This document shows positions 38,478 through 47,116 of a DNA stretch of 64,000 bases, in pieces. The stretch's first letter is position 1. Every line of letters begins with the position of its first letter. Position numbers and translations under genes: made by a program. The notes under the pieces are model-generated. The model had not been told where the DNA came from. It saw only the letters and a list, made by a program, of their open reading frames with translations, and ran no database searches. Origin of the DNA: Desulfobulbaceae bacterium (lineage in GTDB: Bacteria; Desulfobacterota; Desulfobulbia; Desulfobulbales; Desulfocapsaceae); the NCBI GenBank assembly GCA_031287565.1, contig JAITSS010000001.1:9752-73751 (forward strand), in the 5' to 3' direction.

Positions 38478-39587
38478 CTACAATTGACCGGCCAGCTGGC
38501 CGCAGGCGGCGGCAATATCGCCGCCTCGACTCTGACGAATGAAAACAGAATAATGGGCGGCGAGCAAGATTTTCTGAAAGCGCAGAATGGCATCCATATC
38601 CGAACAGACATACGGCGAATCTTGGCATTCATTGAACGGCAACAAATTGATTTTACACGGAATCCCGCGCAACTTCACCGCCAACGACCGGGCATCATCC
38701 TCGGAGTCGTTGACGCCCTTCAGCATCAGATATTCAAACATGATCCGCCGCCGCTTCGGCATGGGATACGAGCGGCAAGCGGCCAGCAATTCCGCCACCG
38801 GATAGCGGCGGTTGACCGGCATCAGGCGGTCGCGCAGCCGATCATCGACCGCGTGCAGGGAAACGGCCAGATTGGCGGCGCACCGCTCGCCCAACTCGCG
38901 CATCTTCGGCACAATGCCGCAGGTCGAAACGGTAATCCTTCGGCCAGTCAGGTCGAAACCCCGTTGCTCGGTTAAAATCGAAATGGCGGTCACGACATGG
39001 CTGAGATTATTCAGCGGTTCGCCCATGCCCATGAAGACGAGATTGGTCACGCGGTCGGGGCCGATCAGGCTGTTCTGAGGCTGCTCAACCAAATAATCGC
39101 GGACGGCGCAGACCTGATTGACGATTTCCGCCGGGCGCAGATTACGGATAAAACCAATTTTCGCGGTCAGGCAAAAAGCGCAGCCCATAGCGCAACCAAC
39201 CTGCGAGGAAATGCACAGCGTGTTCCGGTCTTCTTCCGGAATCAGCACCGATTCAATCAGGTGGCCGTCATCCAGGCGGAACCCGAACTTCACGCTGCCG
39301 TCGCGCGATTTTTGCGCAATGGGGTCGTCAAAACGGGAAATAACCGCGTTCGCCGCCAGCAATTCCCGGCATGATTTGGCCAGATCGGTCATCTGCGCCG
39401 GGCTGTCGATGCCATATCGGTACAACCAGGCCATGACCTGTCGCCCACGGAAAGCCGGTTGCCCCAATGAGGCGAGAAAATCAATCAATTGCCGCTGGTC
39501 GAAATCTTTCAGGTCGGGAGAAGATGGCATGGCAAGTTCCGCGCCGGGCGGCGAGTCGATAATCATCCGCCCGGTCGCTTTCATCAA
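38478..39587 (-). CDS. rlmN: 23S rRNA/tRNA (adenine-C2)-methyltransferase RlmN, radical SAM
   Basis: 'SSQVGCAMGCAFC' (CX3CX2C), 'GMGEPL', 'ACGQL'. The start is either ATG 39587 (ATGA overlap with cooJ) or ATG 39530. Confidence 0.9.
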   Translation of the reverse strand: MMKATGRMIIDSPPGAELAMPSSPDLKDFDQRQLIDFLASLGQPAFRGRQVMAWLYRYGIDSPAQMTDLAKSCRELLAANAVISRFDDPIAQKSRDGSVKFGFRLDDGHLIESVLIPEEDRNTLCISSQVGCAMGCAFCLTAKIGFIRNLRPAEIVNQVCAVRDYLVEQPQNSLIGPDRVTNLVFMGMGEPLNNLSHVVTAISILTEQRGFDLTGRRITVSTCGIVPKMRELGERCAANLAVSLHAVDDRLRDRLMPVNRRYPVAELLAACRSYPMPKRRRIMFEYLMLKGVNDSEDDARSLAVKLRGIPCKINLLPFNECQDSPYVCSDMDAILRFQKILLAAHYSVFIRQSRGGDIAAACGQLAGQL

Positions 39588-39991
39588 TCGTCGTGATGAT
39601 GGTGACCGTGTTTATGGCCGCCGCAAGTATGATGATGGTGATGGCCGTGTTCATGGCCGCCGCAACCATGATGATGGCCGTGTTCGTGACCACCGCAACC
39701 ATGATGATGATGGCCGTGTTCATGGCCGCCACAGCCGTGGTGATGGCCGTGCTGCTCGTGGTGGCCGTGGTGGCAAGCGTCGCCGCTTGCCGCAACCTCG
39801 CCACCGGCCAAAGCCAACGCCTGGCGCAAACATTCATTGACGGCGATCATGGCCGCAGCGGCCTCGGCGATAGCGGCTGCCAACTCGGCGTTCTCGGTAA
39901 CAGCCTGCCATTTGCGGTATTCTTCAGCGTGGCTTTGGTTGTGCTCAATCCAGTGTTGCAGAATGATGGGAATTTTTTCGTTTGTTTCCAT
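39584..39991 (-). CDS. cooJ: CooJ-like histidine-rich nickel-binding protein (helical N-domain plus His/Cys-rich repeat tail)
   Basis: 'HWIEHNQSH' fits the CooJ H(W/F)xxHxxxH motif. Tail: 'HHGHHEQHGHHHGCGGHEHGHHHHGCGGHEHGHHHGCGGHEHGHHHHHTCGGHKHGHHHHDD'. AAGGGGG SD; it lies directly downstream of cooT. Confidence 0.7.
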   Translation of the reverse strand: METNEKIPIILQHWIEHNQSHAEEYRKWQAVTENAELAAAIAEAAAAMIAVNECLRQALALAGGEVAASGDACHHGHHEQHGHHHGCGGHEHGHHHHGCGGHEHGHHHGCGGHEHGHHHHHTCGGHKHGHHHHDD

Positions 39992-40031
39992 GCGTGCCCC
40001 CTTGTGGTTGCCGATAATGGTTGACGGTTGC

Positions 40032-40223
40032 TCAGACCTTTTCCAGGCGAACCGTATTCGCCAAAAAATCAATTGAGCGCAGAACGGTCGCGGGCATATC
40101 CTTTTGCCCATCGAAAAGGGATTTTATCGAGATTATGCCGCCATCAGCGCGTAACTCGGTGACATTTTCCATAATCAGAGTTTCGCCTTCGCCCTGACGC
40201 AGCACAACGCGGAAATCACACAT
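40032..40223 (-). CDS. cooT: CooT family nickel-binding chaperone (63 aa)
   Basis: Starts 'MC' (Cys2). 'MCDFRVVLRQGEGE..ELRADGG..SLFD' aligns along its length with R. rubrum CooT as I remember it. GGGGAGGA SD. Confidence 0.7.
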   Translation of the reverse strand: MCDFRVVLRQGEGETLIMENVTELRADGGIISIKSLFDGQKDMPATVLRSIDFLANTVRLEKV

Positions 40224-40321
40224 CGCGCATCCTCCCCGTTTGGTTGATAAAAGACGAGCCGGACGGCCCATCGTCGAAGAATACTTCCTGATTTGTTCCG
40301 ATACGGACGCGGCGACGGAAT

Positions 40322-41008
40322 TCAGAGCAAGGCCAGCCGCGACGCCGCCTCGACGTGCAACGATACGGCGTCGTAGATCGGCAAAGGGCAATCGGTTTTG
40401 AGCGCCAGCCGACCGATGCGCCGCCCACCCAAAATGATCGCCTCAACGCCTTGGCCAACAAAGCCATCAAAAATCGCGGCCAGCCTGACCCGCGATTCCG
40501 GCGTCGGTTCGGTTTCGCCCTGGCTGATCAGATCGTGGAGCGCGAAACTCGCCGCCGTATCGGGCAAAAACAGCTCAATGCCGAAATTATCGGCCAGGCG
40601 TTGCCTGAGAAACGTCTGCTCAAGGGCGAAGGCCGCGCCCAGCATCCCGGCGCGGCTGATTCCTTCTTTTTGCAAACGCTCGCCAATGGCCTCGCCGATG
40701 TGCAGGAAGGGCGCCGAGACCGAAGCGGCAAGCTGTTCGGCGACGATATGCAGAGAATGGCTGCATATCAGAAGGAAATCGGCTCCGGCGAGCGTCAGGC
40801 GTTCGCCAGATTCCTCCAGCAAACGCCCAACCTCCAGCCACTGGCCTTTTTCCTGCAAGGCGGCAAGTTCGGCGGCGTCGGGGTTGCAGATGAGCATCTT
40901 CGCCGAATGACCAGCGCCCAGGCGTCGCTGCGCCAATTCATTCATTTCCCGGCAGTATAACGCCGTCAGTTGCCAGTCGGTTCCGCCCAACATGCCGACA
41001 ATTTTCAT
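40322..41008 (-). CDS. Aspartate/glutamate racemase family protein
   Basis: 'MKIVGMLGGTDWQ', 'ADFLLICSHSLH', 'GVEAIILGG'. Confidence 0.7.
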   Translation of the reverse strand: MKIVGMLGGTDWQLTALYCREMNELAQRRLGAGHSAKMLICNPDAAELAALQEKGQWLEVGRLLEESGERLTLAGADFLLICSHSLHIVAEQLAASVSAPFLHIGEAIGERLQKEGISRAGMLGAAFALEQTFLRQRLADNFGIELFLPDTAASFALHDLISQGETEPTPESRVRLAAIFDGFVGQGVEAIILGGRRIGRLALKTDCPLPIYDAVSLHVEAASRLALL

Positions 41009-41114
41009 GCCCGTCTCGTTTGAAGTCGAAAGATTTTTGTCGTCGCGTTCAGACGGCCTCACTCATATAAAGAGTACACAAACACCGCCAGGCGGCACTA
41101 TAGCATGAAGTGGC

Positions 41115-41765
41115 CTACGACAAAAGACCATCGCGAAAGACCATGCCCAGCAATTCCGCAGTGTTTTTCGCCCCGAATTTCACCAAAAGGCTGGCGCGGT
41201 GCTGATCGACGGTGCGAAAGCTGATGCCTAAAATGTCGGCGATGTCCTTCGAGGTCTTGCCCATGACCAGATGAATCAGCACCTGTCGCTCGCGGACGGT
41301 CATTTTTTTTAAGGGAGCGCCGCCGTCCGTCTGGCTGGCGTGGACTGGCTCGGTGTTGAAAACCTGGGAACAGCAGGGTGAAATATAGACTCGCCCGGCC
41401 AGCACCTCGCGAACGGCCCGCACCAGGATATGTTCAGAATCTTCTTTGACGATGAACCCCTCGACGCCCTGGGCCATGACCCGGCACACGGCGTCAAAGG
41501 TTTTATAGGCGGTCAGGACAATAATTTTCAGGGCCGGATAGCTCTGTTTCAGGGCCGGAAGCAGCTCATAGCCGCTTCCTTTCGGCATCTGGAGGTCTAA
41601 AATCAGCAGGTCGGCCTCGCGCGCCGCCAGGAAGGCCAGCAGTTCCTCGCCGTCGCCAGCCTCGCCGACCACGGTGAAATCGGTCGCGTCGGCCAGGCAA
41701 TTTTTCAGGCCCAGGCGAATCAGCGCATGGTCATCGGCAATCAGAATGCGGGCGGCGGGTGTCAT
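41115..41765 (-). CDS. Response regulator, NarL/LuxR family (REC + LuxR HTH)
   Basis: 'RILIADDHALIRLGL', 'DLLILDLQMP'. HTH 'TVRERQVLIHLVMGKTSKDIADILGISFRTVDQHR'. Confidence 0.85.
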   Translation of the reverse strand: MTPAARILIADDHALIRLGLKNCLADATDFTVVGEAGDGEELLAFLAAREADLLILDLQMPKGSGYELLPALKQSYPALKIIVLTAYKTFDAVCRVMAQGVEGFIVKEDSEHILVRAVREVLAGRVYISPCCSQVFNTEPVHASQTDGGAPLKKMTVRERQVLIHLVMGKTSKDIADILGISFRTVDQHRASLLVKFGAKNTAELLGMVFRDGLLS

Positions 41766-42438
41766 CGGCAATCCACAACTCGACGCCTGAATACCGCGAC
41801 CATGTTGATTACAATCGGTCTCATCGCTATCAAATCATACCTGGCGGGCCGAGCCGCTTCGTGTTGAAATCATGGATGCCGGAGACGCGGGCGGCGGGAC
41901 AATTTTCTGTCTACGCGGCGGAAAACCGCTCCTTGCGGCGTGGGCTGGAGTGTCAGGTAATTGTCGGTGATTCGTCGGCGAAAGTCAATTGCGGCGGCGG
42001 CGAAAATCAGCGGAACATGGCGATTTCCCGAATATATTTTCGCAAACATCCATACTTGCTTTGATGCTGGCGCATAGCGAAGGTTCGGTCAGACACGACC
42101 GACGAAAAAGAGGGCGGCGCGGCAATCCGCGCAATTCCTGACCAGGTAAATCAAATAAGCATAGCCTGAAACAAGACTATGTCCGCATCAAATTGTCCTG
42201 TCGATACGCCGCTCCGAGCGAAAATTGGCTCGCGGCGCTTTTGTTCCCGACGCGGCTCTTCACGTCGTTGCCAAACCGAAGGCCAAATCGAACGGCGCAA
42301 TGACGCCTTCGTCTTTGTCGCGCTTGACGGGGCCAGAGAGGCGGCTTTAATAGCGCTGGCGACTTTGGGCGATGCCGCTCACAACCGCGACGAACGAAAA
42401 TGACCAACAAGCGCGACACAGCGCGCCGGGAGGGAAAC

Positions 42439-43260
42439 ATGCTGACCATTATTGCGGGGTACTGCGCCATCGGCGCGGTGGCGGGAGTTCTGGCCGGGCT
42501 TTTGGGCATCGGCGGCGGTCTGGTCATTGTGCCAGTGCTTATTTATACGCTGACTCTTCAGCGGGTGGAACACCAGGTGATCATGCACATGGCTCTGGCC
42601 ACCTCAATGGCCAGCATTATCTTCACCTCGATTTCCAGCTTCATGGCCCATTCGCGGCGCGGCGCGGTGCGCTGGGACATCGTGAAAACAATCACACCTG
42701 GCATCCTCGTTGGCACATTTCTCGGGTCGTGCGTGGCCTCGGCCATGCCCACCCTGTGGCTGAAAGCGATTTTTGTCGTCTTCCTCTACACCATGGCCTG
42801 GCAAATGCTGGCCAGGAAAAAGCCGAAAGCCGCACGTGAACTGCCGGGAACAGTGGGTATCAGTGCGGTAGGCGGCGCAATCGGCGTGGTCTCAAGCCTG
42901 GTCGGTATCGGCGGCGGTTCGCTGTCGGTGCCCTTTATGCTGTGGTGCAACGTGGTGGTACACCACGCCATCGGCACCTCGGCGGCCATCGGCCTGCCCA
43001 TTGCCGTTGCAGGAACTATCGGTTATGTATGGAACGGCTGGGGCGCGGCGAACCTGCCGCCATACGCCCTTGGCTATGTCTATCTGCCCGCCTGTCTCGG
43101 CATCGTCGCCTTCAGTATGCTGACCGCGCCTCTGGGTGTGCGGCTGGCGCATCGCCTGCCGGTCGATACTTTGAAACGAGTCTTCGCAACGCTGCTCCTG
43201 GTTCTGGCGACGAAAATGCTCTGGGAACTGGCCGGGCCGCGAATCATGGCGAGCATGTAA
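42439..43260 (+). CDS. TauE/SafE (TSUP) family sulfite-exporter-like membrane protein
   Basis: Duplicated 'LLGIGGGLVIVPVL' / 'LVGIGGGSLSVPFM' motifs. GGGAGGGA SD. Confidence 0.8.
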   Translation: MLTIIAGYCAIGAVAGVLAGLLGIGGGLVIVPVLIYTLTLQRVEHQVIMHMALATSMASIIFTSISSFMAHSRRGAVRWDIVKTITPGILVGTFLGSCVASAMPTLWLKAIFVVFLYTMAWQMLARKKPKAARELPGTVGISAVGGAIGVVSSLVGIGGGSLSVPFMLWCNVVVHHAIGTSAAIGLPIAVAGTIGYVWNGWGAANLPPYALGYVYLPACLGIVAFSMLTAPLGVRLAHRLPVDTLKRVFATLLLVLATKMLWELAGPRIMASM

Positions 43261-43289
43261 CGAACAACCATCAACCAACGGAAACATCC

Positions 43290-44081
43290 ATGAGTGAGGA
43301 GCAAACACAGCGCAAGGCACCGATAGCCAATAAGAATCCGCGCCAGGTATTCAGCCGGGCGCTGGTCGCCGCCGAACAGGGCAATGCCGAAGCCATGCTG
43401 GTCGTCGGTGAATTGTATGCAAGAGGCGTCGGCGTGACGAAGAATTTCACCAAGGCGCTCGCCTGGTACGAAAAATCCGCCGAAGCGGGCAACGGCGAGG
43501 CGGCCTTTCGCGTGGGTTTTTCCTATGAAATCGGCATGGGCGCGGTCGTCGATATGAAAAACGCCGTCGTCGCTTACAACCAGGCGGTCAGGCTCGGCTC
43601 GGCCAGGGGCCTGCACAAAATGGCGATGCTGCGCCTCACCGGCGGCGGCGGTGTGGAAAAAGATAGAAGCGCCGGCTTAACCATGCTGCAAGAAGCGGCC
43701 AGAAGCGGAGACAGCGCCGCCTATAACAGCATCGCCATGATTTTTCTCCACGGCGCATTCGGCCAGAAAGCCGACAAAGAGAAGGCGATGAAGAGCTTCA
43801 GCCTCAGCGCTCGCGTCGGCAACCTCGAAGGCATGAAAAACCTGGCGCTGCTCTTAGCTGACAACAAGCAATTCGCCGAGGCCCTGCGCTGGGCGCTCAC
43901 CGCTCGCCACGGCGGTCTGGGCGCGCCGGAGCTTATCGGCATCATCAACGAGCTACGCGGCAAAGTCGATGCGGCCACGCTGAAAAAGGTCGAGGAAGAG
44001 GCGCGCGCATGGATCCGCGCCTACGCCGCCGAACGCGGCCAGGCGAGGCGTGAAACCCAGCAGGATGCCGACAAGACATGA
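43290..44081 (+). CDS. Sel1-repeat (TPR-like) protein
   Basis: Repeats of 'GNAEAMLVVGELYARGVGVTKNFTKALAWYEKSAEAG'. The stop overlaps the ATG of the T1SS ABC gene (ATGA). Confidence 0.75.
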   Translation: MSEEQTQRKAPIANKNPRQVFSRALVAAEQGNAEAMLVVGELYARGVGVTKNFTKALAWYEKSAEAGNGEAAFRVGFSYEIGMGAVVDMKNAVVAYNQAVRLGSARGLHKMAMLRLTGGGGVEKDRSAGLTMLQEAARSGDSAAYNSIAMIFLHGAFGQKADKEKAMKSFSLSARVGNLEGMKNLALLLADNKQFAEALRWALTARHGGLGAPELIGIINELRGKVDAATLKKVEEEARAWIRAYAAERGQARRETQQDADKT

Positions 44082-45784
44082 GCGGCATCAGCGAATTTCT
44101 TGCGTCTTGCCAGTATTTTTTCGGATACGCTTTTTTTTTCAGCATGTTTGTCAACGCCCTGCAACTGACTTTTCCCATCTACATGTTGCAGGTCTACGAC
44201 AAAGTCCTGACCAGCTACAGTGTATCAACCTTAGTCGTCATCACCATCGCCGCCGTCATCTGCCTGATTGTTCTGGCGGCGCTGGAATGGATTCGCTCGC
44301 GGCTTTTGCTACGCGCCGGCATCGAATTCGACCGGATACTCAGCGAACCGCTTTTGGCCATGACCCTGCATCAGGCCGCCCAACCCGGCGCGGCGACACG
44401 CGGCGAACAGGCAAGCCTGCGCGACGTGCAGGGTCTGCGCAATTTTTTAGGCGGACGCGCGGTCTTCGCCTGGTTCGATCTGCCGTGGATTCCCTTCTAT
44501 TTCGCGCTGATTTTTTTTCTGCATCCCTATCTGGGCTGGACGGCTTTCCTCGGCGGCCTTGTTGTTTTTCTGCTGGGGGCGCTCGCCGAACGCCTCACAA
44601 AAAACAGGCTCAATCAGGCGACCAGCGTTAACAACCGCGCCCAGACTTTTATCAACGCGGCCCTGCGCAACGCCGGCGTGGTGCGGGCCATGGGCATGAA
44701 CCGAGCGGTGGCCGAGCGCTGGAGCCGGATGAACGACGCCGTGCTGAATCTGCAAACCGCCGCCAGCTCCAGCGCTGGTCTGCTCCAGGCGATCACCCGC
44801 TCGTTGCGCGTCGGCCTTCAGGTCTTGATTTACGCGGTCGGCGCCTACCTCGCGGTCATGCACGAATCGACCGCCGGCATCATGATTGTCGCCTCGATCA
44901 TCATGGGCCGGGCGCTGGCTCCGGTCGATCAGGCCATGGCTACCTACAAGCAATCGCTGGAAGCCTGGGCCTCGTTCGGCCGCCTGAAAAAAACCTTCGC
45001 CGAAGAACCGACCGCGCCGCCGATGTCGTTGCCGGATCCACTGGGCGCTTTGGAGGCGGAAAACCTGCATTTTTCCGTCGGCAAACGGGAAATCATCAAG
45101 GGCGTGTCGTTTCTCTTGCCCGCCGGGGATTCGCTGGCCCTGATCGGCCCCAGCGCCGCCGGTAAATCGACGCTGTGCCGCCTGCTTCTAGGCATCTGGC
45201 CGATCACACGCGGCAAAGCGCGGCTGGACGGCGCCGACATCGCCAGTTGGCAGCCAGAACAGTTGGGGCGTTTTGTCGGCTGGCTGCCGCAGGATGTCGA
45301 ACTCTTCTCCGGCACGGTGGCCGAAAACATCGCCCGCTTGGGCGAGGCCGACCCGGAACAGGTGGTGGCCGCCGCCCGCATGGCCGACGCGCACCAGATG
45401 ATTCTCGGTTTGGCCAAGGGCTACGATACGCCGGTCGGCGAACACGGCGCGGCGCTTTCCGGCGGCGAACGCCAGCGCATCGGCCTGGCCCGCGCTCTTT
45501 ACGGTAATCCGCGGCTGGTCGTGCTCGACGAGCCGAACGCTAATCTCGACGAAGACGGCAAAAAAGCGCTGGTCGAAGCCATCGCCGCCATGAAAAAGAC
45601 CAGCGTCACCGTGATTATCGTCTCGCATCACCACGACCTGCTTACTCTGATGGATAATATCCTGATGATGCGCGACGGCCGGGCCGTAACGGGCGGCCCC
45701 AGCCAGGATGTTTTGCGGCAGATGCGCGAAGTCAGGGCCGCGCTGGCCGAGAAGGCCGCGCCAATGCCTGAACGGCGGACATGA
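44078..45784 (+). CDS. Type I secretion system permease/ATPase (PrtD/AprD type, no C39 peptidase domain)
   Basis: Six-TM N-half. Walker A 'GPSAAGKST', signature 'LSGGERQR', Walker B 'LVVLDEPNANLD'. Confidence 0.85.
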   Translation: MSGISEFLASCQYFFGYAFFFSMFVNALQLTFPIYMLQVYDKVLTSYSVSTLVVITIAAVICLIVLAALEWIRSRLLLRAGIEFDRILSEPLLAMTLHQAAQPGAATRGEQASLRDVQGLRNFLGGRAVFAWFDLPWIPFYFALIFFLHPYLGWTAFLGGLVVFLLGALAERLTKNRLNQATSVNNRAQTFINAALRNAGVVRAMGMNRAVAERWSRMNDAVLNLQTAASSSAGLLQAITRSLRVGLQVLIYAVGAYLAVMHESTAGIMIVASIIMGRALAPVDQAMATYKQSLEAWASFGRLKKTFAEEPTAPPMSLPDPLGALEAENLHFSVGKREIIKGVSFLLPAGDSLALIGPSAAGKSTLCRLLLGIWPITRGKARLDGADIASWQPEQLGRFVGWLPQDVELFSGTVAENIARLGEADPEQVVAAARMADAHQMILGLAKGYDTPVGEHGAALSGGERQRIGLARALYGNPRLVVLDEPNANLDEDGKKALVEAIAAMKKTSVTVIIVSHHHDLLTLMDNILMMRDGRAVTGGPSQDVLRQMREVRAALAEKAAPMPERRT

Positions 45785-47109
45785 TGAAAAAAGAAAGCAA
45801 GAAACCGCCCGCCGCCCGCCGCGACATCGAGAATCCGCGCCGCATCATCCGGCAGGGCATGTTGATTATCCTGCTCTTCTTCGGCGTGCTGGGCGTCTGG
45901 GCGGCGGTCTGCCACATTACCGGCGCGGTGGTCGCCCAAGGCGCGATAAAAATCGAATCCGAACGCAAGACAGTGCAGCATTTGGAAGGCGGCATCGTCG
46001 AAGCGATTCATGTGCGCGAAGGCGAAGCGGTCAAAGAAGGTCAGCCGCTGGTCACCCTGGAATCGGTGCAGATCGACGCCTCCGAGCAGGCCCTGGCCAA
46101 ACAACTGATCGCCCAATTGGCAGCCCGCGCCCGTTTCGCCGCCGAAAAGGAAGGCTTGGCCAATCTGGTCTGGCCGCGCGAATTGTCGGCCCTGATCCAC
46201 GACGCCGAAGACCGCGACACCCTTAACAACGAGGAGAAACTGTTCCACGCCCGCATGGAATCGCTGAGCGGCCAGGTTTCGTTGCTGAACGCCCAGCTGG
46301 CCCAGGTCAAGGAACAGATCATCGGCAGCCAGGAAATCATCAAGGCCGAAAACAGCATTATCGCCGCCCTGGATGAGGAATTGCGGGCCAAACGCCAGCT
46401 CTATGAGGAACAATATCTAGAGAAATCCCAGATATTGGAGTTGGAACGGACGCTGGCCAGTCATCAGGGCGAACGCGGCAGACAGACGGCGGCCATCGCC
46501 GAAGCCAAACAGAAAGACGCCGAGTTGCGCCTGCGCATCGTCGATACCGAGCAACGCTTCATGGCCGAGGCGGTCGATAAGCTGGCGACGCTCGACAACG
46601 AAATCCTGCAAACCCGCGAAAAAATCCGCCCGATGCGCGACGCCCAGAAACGCCTGACCATCACCGCGCCGGTAAGCGGTCGCGTCGTGGACATCAAAGT
46701 GCATTCTCGAGGCGGCGTCATCCGCTCCGGTGAACCGCTTTTAGACATTGTGCCGCTGGATAATCCGCTGATCGTCGAAGCCCGCCTGCCGGTCAACAAA
46801 ATTACCGAAGTCTATCCCGGACAAAAAGCGCTGGTGAAGCTCGACGCCTTCGACGCCCGTATCACGCCCTATATCGACGGCCGCGTCACCTACGTTTCCG
46901 CCGACCGGCTTGAGGAAAAGACCGACGCCGGGGCGGTCCCCTACTATCTCGGCTGGGTCGAACTCGATAAGAAATCGCTGGCGGCCGCTAATATGTATAT
47001 TTCTCCGGGGATGCCAGCCACCGTTTTCCTGACTACTAAAGAACGCACAGTGCTTTACTACACGTTTGAATCGCTCCTGAAAGGTTGGGAGCGGGCGCTC
47101 AGGGATTGA
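45781..47109 (+). CDS. HlyD-family type I secretion periplasmic adaptor (PrtE/AprE type)
   Basis: Single N-terminal TM helix, long coiled-coil, lipoyl/beta-barrel segments. ATGA overlap with the ABC gene. Confidence 0.85.
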   Translation: MMKKESKKPPAARRDIENPRRIIRQGMLIILLFFGVLGVWAAVCHITGAVVAQGAIKIESERKTVQHLEGGIVEAIHVREGEAVKEGQPLVTLESVQIDASEQALAKQLIAQLAARARFAAEKEGLANLVWPRELSALIHDAEDRDTLNNEEKLFHARMESLSGQVSLLNAQLAQVKEQIIGSQEIIKAENSIIAALDEELRAKRQLYEEQYLEKSQILELERTLASHQGERGRQTAAIAEAKQKDAELRLRIVDTEQRFMAEAVDKLATLDNEILQTREKIRPMRDAQKRLTITAPVSGRVVDIKVHSRGGVIRSGEPLLDIVPLDNPLIVEARLPVNKITEVYPGQKALVKLDAFDARITPYIDGRVTYVSADRLEEKTDAGAVPYYLGWVELDKKSLAAANMYISPGMPATVFLTTKERTVLYYTFESLLKGWERALRD

Positions 47110-47116
47110 ACAATTG

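Noticed and set aside
39593-39840. The highly repetitive DNA in the His-rich region as a CRISPR-like or other non-coding repeat array. Antisense ORFs lie at 39593-40024 and 39118-39840.
   Set aside because: The units are 36/39 bp, contiguous and without spacers. They are in frame with a protein that has an SD, a CooJ motif and a sensible N-domain, so they are coding repeats rather than an array.
42942-43289. N-terminal extension of the Sel1 ORF (track start 42942) overlapping the TauE gene. Similar extensions occur for obg (61865), carD (36148), cooT (40391), leuS (56297) and the SagB-like gene (38628).
   Set aside because: The extensions overlap neighbouring genes or are Arg/Pro-rich nonsense. 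Internal ATGs with SD sequences coincide with the conserved protein N-termini.
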